Shown: piece after piece, positions 52,045 to 61,500 of the stretch | How positions within the stretch are numbered: the first letter of the stretch is position 1 | How the letters are laid out: each line of letters opens with the position of its first letter | DNA from: Mobula hypostoma | Taxonomy: Eukaryota | Reading direction: 5' to 3' | Length of the DNA stretch: 64,000 nucleotides | Assembly: GCF_963921235.1 (NCBI RefSeq) | Contig: NC_086097.1 | Coordinates: 198,030,001-198,094,000 of the forward strand | Notes under the pieces: generated by a model | What the model was told of the DNA's origin: nothing | The model's database searches: none | The model's input: the letters and a program-made list of their open reading frames with translations, nothing else | Translations under genes and position numbers: made by a program

Positions 52045-53615
52045 AAGGGGAAGGGTGAGCAGCCAGATGTCTCTGTGTGTATCGGTACCAAAGGTCCTAA
52101 AAAGAGAACTTAAAGAGCTAGGTAGAAAGCTGAAAAGCAGGACCTCCAGGGTAATAATCTCTGGATTGCTGCGTGAGCCATGTGCCATTGAGGGCAAGAA
52201 CAGGATGATCTGGTAGGTGACTACATGGCTGAGGAACTGGTGCAAGGGCAGGTTTCAGATTTCTTCTGGAGAAGATATGACCTGTACAAAAGGGATGGGT
52301 TATACCCAAAACTGAGAGGGACTGAGACCCTTGCGGGCAGGTTTTCTAGAGCTGTTGGGGAGGGTGGGCGGATTACCTAATTTGGCATGGGGATGAGTAC
52401 TGGAGTGATAGGGCTGAGGATACGGATAGTGTATAGTGAGACTGTCAGGCAGGACAGACAGATAACAGTGAAAAATTGCAGTCAGTGGGATGGGTTGCAG
52501 TGTAAAAAGGGGACAAAACTGAATAGGGTGACAAATAGAAGATTGAAGGTGTTATATTTGAATGCACACAGTATATGAAGTAAGGTAGATAATCCTGTAG
52601 TGCAGGTAAAGATTGATTGGTATGATGTGAGTGTCATGGAGACATGACTGTAAGCTGGAGCTTAATATTTAAAGATACACCATCTATTGAAAGGATAGAC
52701 AGGTAGGCAAAGGAGGAGGAGTGGCTCTGCTGGTAAAAAAAATAAAATCAAGTCTTTAGAAAGCAATGACATAAGATTGGAAGGTGTAGAACCCTTGTGG
52801 GGAAGGTTAAGAAACTGCAAGGGTAAGAAAACCCTGATAGATTTATTTACAGGCCTTCGAACAGTAGCCAGGATGTTGTCTACAAATTACAGTGGGAGAT
52901 AGAAAAAGCATGTTAAAAAGGCAATATAATGTTAGTCATGAGGGATTTCAATATGCAGATAGATTGGGAAAATTAGGCTGATGGTGGATCTGAACAGAGA
53001 GATTTTGTGGAATGCCTTTGAGATGGCTTTTTGGAGCAGCCTGTGGTTGAGCTGACTACGGCACTGTTGAAGCCTCACTTGGAGTATTGTTTTGGGCACC
53101 TTATTTAAGAAAGGATGTATTGATATTGGAGAGGGTTCAGAGGAGATTCACAAAAATAATTCTGGGAATGAAAGAGTTATCATATGAGCAGTGATTGAAG
53201 GCTCTGGGTCTGTACTTTTTGGAATTTAGAAGAATGAGGGGGATCTAATTGAAGCCTATCGAATTTTGCAATGCCTAACTAGTGTTGATGTGAAGAGGAG
53301 TGGGGGAGTCTAGGACCATAGGATATAGCCTCAAAATAGAGTGATGTCCATTTGGAACAGTGATGAGGAGGAATTTCTATAACCAGAGGGTAGTGAATCT
53401 GTGGAATTTAGTGCCACCGGCAGTTGTGGAGGCCAGATCACTGGGTGCATTTAAGGCAGAATTTGATTTGTTTTTGATCAGTCAGGGTGTGAAAGGTTAC
53501 AGTGAGAAGGCAGAAGAATGGGGTTGAGAGGGAAATAGATGAACCATGATGAAATAGCAGAGCAGACTCGATGGGCTGAATAGCCTAATTCTGCTCCTGT
53601 GTTTTAATGGTCTTT
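52045..53615 (+). mobile_element. CR1 with ORF1 end, endonuclease start and 3' end, but RT deleted
   Basis: ORF1-like ELGRKLKSRTSRVIISGLL; ORF2 start LKVLYLNAHSI and GGGVALL; FLEQPVVELT is joined directly to LLKPHLEYC at ~53055. Confidence 0.85.
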
Positions 53616-53949
53616 CAATATATTTGCAGGTATTAATGACTACCAATCATCCTCCAAAGTAAATGAAACTGATTGTTTTAAGTATGGTTTTTAATTGTTT
53701 CAGGTAATGGAACATAGAACATAGCACAGCACAGGACAAGAGCAGGCCATTCAGTCCATGATAGCTGTGATGATCGTGATATCAAATTAAACTAAAACTA
53801 TCTGTCTGCCCACAGTGTTTTTCCCTCCAGTCCCTGAGTGTTCACATGCCTGTCAAAATGGCTTTTAAATGCCATTACCGTTCCTGCTTCCACCACTGCC
53901 CCTGGAATCATGTTCCACTCTCTGTGTCAAAAACTTACCCAAAACATTT

Positions 53950-54630
53950 CCTAAGTGTTAACTTGCAGGTTGAGTTCGTGGTAAGAAAGGCAAATGCAAT
54001 GTTAGCATTCATTTTGAGAGGAGTAGAATATAAAAGCAAGGATGCAATATTGAGGCTTTCTAAGGCATTGGTCAGACTGCACGTAGAGTATAGTGAACAG
54101 TTTCGGTCCCCTTATCAAAGATGTGCTTGCAGTTGAAATGGTCCAGAGAAGGTTCACAAGAATGATTCTGGGAATGAAAGGATTAATGTATAAAGAGTAT
54201 TTGATGGCTCTGGGCCTGTACTTGCTTGAGTTTAGAAGAATGGAGGGGGACGGGTGGAAATCATTGAAACCTAATGAATATTATAGAGTGGATATGGAGA
54301 AGATGTTTGCTGTTGTGGGGGAATCTTGGACCAGCGTGCACAGCCTCAGGATGGAGAGATGTCCCTTCGGAACAGAGGCAGTGAGGAATTTCTTTAGCCA
54401 GAAGGTGGTGAATCTGCAGAGTTCAATGCTACAGATGACTGTGCAAGCCTAGTCATTGGGTATATTGAAGGTGGAGATTGATGGGTTCTTGATTAATAGG
54501 GGTATCAAAGGTTACAGGCAGGAGAGTAGGATTGAGAAGGATAATAAATCAGCCATGATGGAATGGCAGAGCAGACTAGATGGGCCAAATAGCCAAATTC
54601 TGCTCTTATATTTTATGGTCTTAAGATCTT
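53950..54630 (+). mobile_element. CR1 3' fragment nested in an older CR1
   Basis: KANAMLAFI, VQRRFTRMI and FFSQKVVNL; TTATGGTCTTA tail. Confidence 0.88.
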
Positions 54631-55647
54631 TAAATTTCCCCTACTCAGGCTAAAGCCATATCCCTAGTATCTGTCATCTCTACATTGGAAAAAAAGATTT
54701 GGAAGATTTACTCTATCTATGTCATAATTTTATAAATATCTTTTGACTCTCCATTCAGTCTCTGAAACTCCAGTGAGTACAATTCAAGTTTAAACAACCT
54801 CTCCTTAGAGCTAATACCTTCGAATAGAGGCCACATTCTAGTGAACCTCTTTGACACCCTCTCCAAAGCATCCATACACTTCCTACAATGCAGCAACTAG
54901 GATGGATCACAATACTCCAAATGCACACTAATCAAAGTTGTATATAGCTGCAATATGACTTCCTGACTCTTACTCCAAATATATCACCTGATGAAAGCAA
55001 GTATGCCATAAGCTTTCTTTACCACACTATCTACTTATGTTGCCAATTTCATTGAGCTATGGATTTGGACTCCAAGATCTCTCTATGATTCAGTACTCTT
55101 ACGGGTCTCACCACTTATTGTATACTTTCCCTGTATGTTTTACTTCCCAAAGTGCATCACAGACTTACCTGGATTAAACTTCATCTGCCATTTTCCACCC
55201 ATTTCTGCAAAACGATCTCTATCCTTTGACAAGTGTAATTTGCAAATTTACTAATTAGCCTATCTGTATTATTCTCAAAGTGATATGAGGTCCCAGCACT
55301 GATCCCTACACAGAACATACCTCTACCAGAATACCCTGTCTTCGATGGCCATAACAACTTTGAATCTAATCTACTAAATCACTATAGATTGCATGCATCT
55401 TAATCTTCTGGATCAGCCTACCATGAGGAATGTTGTCAAATCATTGCTTGAAGTCCATGTCCAAAAAATCCACTGCCTTACTCACATCAATCATTTTCAT
55501 TACCCCCTTAAAATCTCAATCAAATTTATAAGATATGACCTTCTCCTTTTAAAAGCCACACTGTCTCTCCCTAATAAGCCCTTGCTGTTCCAAATGCAAG
55601 TAAATCCTATCTCTAAAAATCCTTGTCAGTAACCTCCCTACCACTGA

Positions 55648-56464
55648 GCTAAGGAGGATGTCTAACAGAAACTCCTTTGCTTTCATCTTCTGAAACAGCT
55701 CTATTTGTTCCTTTGATATCTCCTTTTCTTCCTTTTCAAAGTTCTTTTGAGGACCCTGACCTGGAGTTACACACTGACTTTGGTTCTTTGCGGAAGTGGG
55801 TCCTGCTCTCAGGGATCCTCATGACAGGCCGCCTTTTGGTATGCCAAGGATGCGGCCTGGAAGACTAGTGTGCCTTCCGGGTGCCGGATTTTTGTGGCTC
55901 TGGAGGCGGGCGGAATCTAGGCCAGTGCTGCCACCTGATGTGTCGTGGGAGTACACGGAAGATGGTAAGCAGCAAGCTGGCTGTTGGCTCAGTGCCCAGG
56001 GACCCCAGTTTTTTGGGCACAGAGCTCGGAAAAAGTGACGCAACAGACTTTCAACACCATAAATCAGTCAGTTGTTTTGTTATATCTCCCCTCTTGCTGT
56101 TGAAACGGGAACACCTCTTTTTCCCTTATTAAGGAGAGAAAGAGCCTGTGGTATGTCGAATACTGGGTGAACGAGTAGTCTTTGGGGTACTGCAAGTTTG
56201 TATCTTTATGAATGCTTTGCTGCACGCTTGAGTGCTTGGTGGGGGGTGCCAATGCTTTTTTGCTGGTGGGGTGGGGGTCACTGCTTGCTGCTGATTATGC
56301 ATGGGAGGGGTGAGCTGGGAGGGGCTTTGCAGTTCTAACATTTAACTGTCGTTCATTCTTTTGGGCAATCCTCTGTTTTCGTGGACGTTTGCGAAGAAAA
56401 GTAATTTCAGGGTTATATTGTATATGTTTCTCTGACATTAAATGTGCCTATTGAAACCTATTGA
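55648..56464 (+). mobile_element. ~815 bp non-coding retroposed element with a Rex-like 3' tail
   Basis: Interrupts the host CR1 at CCACTGA|TATGAGG; ends AATTTCAGGGTTATATTGTATATG...ATTAAA followed by CCTATTGAAACCTATTGA. Confidence 0.7.
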
Positions 56465-56736
56465 TATGAGGTTCACCTCTCTATAATTTTCTGGAATATC
56501 CTTAAAGTCTTTTCAATAACTAAAGAACAATTTTGGTTACTCTCCAATTCTCTGGAACTTCATGAATTGTTTGAAGAAAGTTCAAAGTGTCAGTGTAGAA
56601 CATCCAGTTCTCCAATCCAATGACATAGAGCTCAGATAATTAGATGGCTATGCGGTTGGTAAACTCTAGCAGTTCCTAGAGTAGGTTACATGGTCGGCAC
56701 AACATTGTGGGCTGAAGGGCCTGTAATGTGCTGTAG

Positions 56737-57517
56737 ACAACAACCTGGCCCTTAACACCCAGAAGATCGAGGAGATGATTGTGGACTTCAGGCATGCTAG
56801 GAGCCACACTCACGTCCCCATCTACATCAACAGAGCTGTAGTGGAGCGTGTATCAAGCTTCAAATTCCTTGGTGTCCACATTTCCGAGGATCTCACCTGG
56901 TCCCTGAACTCCTCCATCCTGATCAAAAAGGCGCAACAGCACCTTTATTTCCTGCAGAGCATCAAGAAAGCTCATCTCTGTCCCAGGATACTGACGGACT
57001 TTTACTGTTGTACCATTGACAGCATACTCACCGACTGCATCTCAGAGTGGTATAGCAATTGTCCCACATCGAACCGCAAAGAACTCCAGCGTGTGGTGAA
57101 AACTGCCCAGCGGATTATCAGCACCCAACTACCCACCATTTAGAACATCTGCTGCCTGGGCAGGGTGTAAAGCATTATCAAGGATGCATCTCGCCCTAAC
57201 CATGGACTTTTTACTCTCCTCCCATCCAGTAGGGGCTACAGGAGCCTCTGCTCCAACTCCAGCAGGCACAGGAAGAGCTTCTTCCCTGAGGCTGTGACCC
57301 TGCTGAACCTCACATCACAGCACTAAGCAGTATTGCACCCATACTGTACTGTCTCAGTACTTTTATATTTGTGTGCTGTAGCACTTACTTTTTATTCACA
57401 GTCGTTTTGTAAATAACACTATTCTTTGCATTTCTGGCCAGATGCTAAAAGCATTTCATTGGCTTTGTATCTGTACTCGGCACAATGACAATAAAGTTGA
57501 ATCTAATCTAATCTAAT
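56737..57517 (+). mobile_element. Rex/Babar LINE 3' part inserted in a short CR1 tail (56640-56736)
   Basis: ORF 56775-57143 MIVDFR...FKFLGVHISEDLTW...LQRVVKTAQRII; (AATCT)n tail. Confidence 0.9.
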
Positions 57518-57716
57518 AGTTATGTTCTATGACATGCATTTAGAGCACACTGTTTCAGATTTCTTCTGTCATTTATGATGAGGGAAATGGATTAGCTCTT
57601 CAATCTTTCTGTTACTGAGGAAACTTACTTTGTTCTGGATTTCCCTTATCATGTTGTTTCATTTGGTGGTATACATGTATACAGTTGAATGACAATGAAC
57701 TTGAACTTGATTAAAA

Positions 57717-57966
57717 GGCAGCAAGTAGTGGCATCAGTGTCAGACTTCAGTCCTGAGTTCGAATCCAGCCGGCTCCCCTGCAGGCTTTCCATTCGTGCTG
57801 GGTTACGAGCTGGTGATCTCTTTGGAAACTCACCCGGCAGAAGGCAATGGCAAACTACTGCTGTAACTTGCCTCGTACGCGGTTCCCCACTACGCCAGAG
57901 AGGCGTGGAGGGAAATCGTCCGCTAACCGGAGAAACTTCGGATGCAACGTACCTTTCCTTTCTTTA
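57717..57966 (+). mobile_element. tRNA SINE with an RTE-related motif and (CCTTT)n tail
   Basis: B-box GAGTTCGAATCC near 57755; CAGAAGGCAATGGCAAACTACTGC at 57838-57861; tail ACCTTTCCTTTCTTT. Confidence 0.75.
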
Positions 57967-58651
57967 TCTTAAGTTCAAAAGGGATCAGAACTTAAATCGA
58001 TCATCGTTGAAGATAAAACTACATGAGTATGAAGATGAAAGGAAGCACCTGCATCTCATCAATGTAGAGGTAGAGGTACTGTGATAAGCATTTCTTATTA
58101 AACCCCATTTTAGTAACAAGTTTTCAGTCTGATGGGTCTTTGTGTAGCTTTTACGAGTTTCTTAATTTGACATGTAGGCCACATTGCTCACATACTATAC
58201 TTCATGCTAGACTCTGAAAACATGCAATCTCCTCCAAACATCATTGTAACAAGAAATCACCAGGTGGGCAAAGGAAACCACCCATCCACCCCATCATCAC
58301 CTTCCATCTCAGCTGGAGATAAGTCTGCAGGTCCCATATTGGCCTCACCAGCCACCTCAGAACCCAATGTGTATGGATAAAAGTGAGTCATCTTTACTCC
58401 TGTGGGACAGCTGAAGAAGAGAGAAGTCCTAAATTTGTCTTTAGTTGATAAAACTGATATAGTAGATCTACATAGCGAAGTAGCCAGGAACATAATATTC
58501 AGATGACTGACTACATCCATGACGTTGTTTAATATTCATTTTCTACGTAAGTATCAAAGATTCTATTGATGCAATGCTGTTGGTTTAATGCTTTCAAATG
58601 CCATTCAGACACCCGTGCAAGACTATATGATGGCCCTCATTTGTCTCTGCA

Positions 58652-58830
58652 ATAAGACCCATAAGACCATGGGACGTACAAACAGAATTAAAGCACTCAG
58701 CTCATCTGCTATGTCATTCCATCATGGCTGACTTATTATCCCTCTCAACCCCTTCTCCCCATAAGCTTTGATGACCTGACTAGTTAAGAATCTACCATCT
58801 TTTCCTTTATGATTTGGCCTCCACAGCTGA
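58652..58830 (-). mobile_element. CR1 3' end fragment
   Basis: ATAAGACC repeats plus CR1 3'UTR. Confidence 0.75.
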
Positions 58831-59166
58831 ATCACTGCTTCATACTTCCAGTACATGCGTCTGCCTATTGTAATGGATGTCCATAAATTTCACAAATCTT
58901 TCCTTGATAGTTCTTTCCATCACAAAAGAAAGCAGGCAATAATTGCTTGAAGCAAACCCTCTGTACATTAGCTCTACCTGTCTGAAGGCAAGTGATTAAT
59001 GTGTATATTCAAGAATTTTATGTTTCAGTGTTAGTGTCTGGCATTCTCTCTCAAAGTTACTCCATCTATCCTTTTTCTTTATGATAGTCTTTAAATGTTA
59101 CCTCCTTTGAACAATTTTTTGGCTACATGTCCTAATATATCTTTGTTGAGTTGCTGTAAATTTTTT

Positions 59167-59500
59167 TAAACACAAAAGATTCTGCAGATGCTGGAAATGA
59201 AGAGCAACACGTATAAAGTGCTGGAGGAATTCAGCAGGTCAGGCAGCATCTGTGGAAACAGCCAACGATTCAGCCTGAGACCCCTCATCTGGTCAGGACC
59301 TCTAACAGTCCTTCCAGGTGAGGCAACACTTCACCTGCAAACCTGTCATCTACTGTACCCATTGTTCTCAATATGGCCTGTTGGTGACACTCAACGGAGA
59401 TTGATGGACTGCTTTTTGAGAACCTTCGCTCCATCTACACCAAGCAGGCTTTTCCAGTGACAAATCATTTCCATTCCAATTCTCATTCCTGTTCTGACAT
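59167..59500. mobile_element. Old PLE: inverted terminus (59167-59297, -) joined to a + strand GIY-YIG fragment
   Basis: CTGCAGATGCTGGAAAT...CAGCAGGTCAGGCAGCATCTGTGG, then FQVRQHFTC...SDM on the + strand. Confidence 0.75.
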
Positions 59501-59651
59501 GTTGGAGTTGTGCATTTAATATTTCAGCAATAGTTGAGTAATATTGTAAATATGTCATTTACGTGCATGTCTTGCTAAATGTACACACATTCCAGACTCC
59601 CTTGTTTTTATTTCAATTAGTTTTATGTATCAGAGTTACAAAACTTAACAG

Positions 59652-59663
59652 TGGTGATGAGGA
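59652..59663 (+). promoter_or_regulatory. tRNA-Ser(GCU)-type primer-binding site, CpG-decayed
   Basis: TGGTGATGAGGA equals TGGCGACGAGGA with two CpG>TpG changes; it lies 1 nt after the putative LTR end. Confidence 0.7.
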
Positions 59664-60031
59664 AGTTTTAAATGAACTTACCTGTTGAAGTGCAGGGAGG
59701 TGTTTGAGTTAAATAAAGTGCAGTGAGACATTCAAGTTAAGAAAAAGTCCAGCGGGAAATGATTGAGTAACAAAAAGTGCAACATGTGCTTCTTTGGGAA
59801 GGGACAGTAAAAATAAAGGCAGAAAATGGGCAAGTTCATAGGTTCATAAACAGTGAGTGCTAGGTGATATAACCATAAATTTTAAAACAGTAGAAATAGC
59901 TGGTTACAGTGGAAAGGTAGACGTGTTCAATAGCAGAAGAGATAACTGGATATTGTATACCGAACGAATTGAGCAGTAAATTGAAGCAAATGAAATAGCC
60001 AATGAAAAGCAATTGTCAGTTTTGATGCATG

Positions 60032-60322
60032 ATTAAGATTAAAGTCTGTCACAAGCCTTGTGGCCCATCAGGCCAGTGCTTATGCTGGTTTCCATGGCAT
60101 GAAGCGACTGAGAGTACGAGACTCCCCCCAGGATAGGACACCAGTCTATCGTGAGGTTAACCTCCAGCATTTTTGCCAGTACCCATTCTCAGCTGGGTAG
60201 ACTGGAGCATTGTGTAGTTAAGTGCCTTGCTCAAGGACAGACACGCTACCTCAGCTAAGGCTCAAACCCACGACCTTCAGATCGCTAGTCCAACGCCCTA
60301 ACCACTTGGCCATGCGCCACAC
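60032..60322 (-). mobile_element. tRNA-CORE SINE nested in the Gypsy gag
   Basis: Same head and CORE as the SINE at 4901 but a different body; (TTAATC)n tail; gag reads through the insertion site. Confidence 0.85.
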
Positions 60323-60498
60323 TTTGCTGAGTGTATTGGGTGGAAAAGCATACCATTTGCATAGAAGTTTGACTGCTCCAACCAACCCAGCCAAAATGGA
60401 AAAATATCAGGAAAAATAATGTAGGGACATTTAGAATGGAAACCATTGTTGGTTGTAGAATGTTTTAAGTTTCATAAGCGGGATCAAAAGGAAAGAGA

Positions 60499-61226
60499 TG
60501 GCAGAATAGAGTATTAATGGTAAGACTCTTGGCAGTGTGGAGGATCAGAGGGATCTTGGTGTCTGAGTCCATAACACATTCAAAGATGCTGCGCAGGTTG
60601 ACTCTGTGGTTAAAAGGCATACGGTGCCTTGGCCTTCATCAATTGTGGGATTGAGTTTAGGAGTTAAGAGGTAATGTTGCAGCTATATAGGACCCTGGTC
60701 AGACCCCACTTGGAGTACTGTGCTCAGTTCTGGTCACCTCACTACTGGAAGGATGTGGAAACCATAGAAAGGGTGCAGAGGAGATTTACAAGGATGTTGT
60801 CTGGATTGGGGAACATGCCTTATGAGAATAGCTTGAGTGAACTTGGCCTTTTCTCCTTGGAGTGACGGAGGATGAGGGGTGATCTGACAGAGGTGTATAA
60901 GATAATGAGAGACATTAATCGTGTGGCTTTTCCCAGGGCTGAAATGGCTAACATGAGAGGGCGTAGTTTTAACGTGCTTGGAAGTAGGTACGGAGGAGAT
61001 GCCAGGGTTAAGATTTTTTTACGCAGAGAGTAGTGAGTGCGTGGAATAGGCTGCTGGCAATGGTGGTGGAGGCGGATATGATAGGGTCTTTTAAGATAGG
61101 TACATGGAGCTTAGGAAAATAGAGGGCTATTGGTAACCCTAGGTAATTTCTAAGGTAAGGACCTGTTCAGCACAGCTTTGTGGGCTGAAGAGCCTGTATT
61201 GTGCTATAGGTTTTCTATGTTTCTAC
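60499..61226 (+). mobile_element. CR1 3' fragment nested in the Gypsy gag
   Basis: RPHLEYCAQFWSPHY; (TTTCTATG) tail; 8 bp TSD GAAAGAGA (60491-60498, 61227-61234). Confidence 0.9.
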
Positions 61227-61253
61227 GAAAGAGAGTTCATTTCAGCATACGTT

Positions 61254-61500
61254 TCAGGAAGGAGGTACAGGAGCCTGAAGGCATACACTCAGTGATTCCA
61301 GATCAGCTTCTTACCCTCTGCCATTAGATATCTGAATGGATATTAAACCTATGAACTCTACTGCACTATTGTTTTACACTACCTATTTAACTATTTAATT
61401 TAATTTACTGTTATTCACAGTGTTTAGTGTTATGTACTACAATGTTCCAAAAGCAATAAATTTCATGACATGTGCCAGTGTTATTAAAGAGTTATTCAGT
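61254..61500 (+). mobile_element. Rex/Babar 3' fragment nested in the Gypsy gag
   Basis: GRRYRSLKAYTQ plus the 3'UTR; gag resumes at ~61503 (EMKKLSKHCEF). Confidence 0.8.

Larger units (their letters stand above)
53710..56560 (-). mobile_element. Old CR1 in pieces (53710-53945, 54630-55647, 56465-56560)
   Basis: (TATGTTC)n tail near 53710; MDFKQ*FDN, LEYC and NYR...L fragments on the minus strand. Confidence 0.75.

Noticed and set aside
59250..59297. Functional hammerhead in the old PLE terminus (also 12556-12575)
   Set aside because: Core boxes are mutated (CAGAUGA/GAAU; CUAAUGA with no GAAA), so these are relics.
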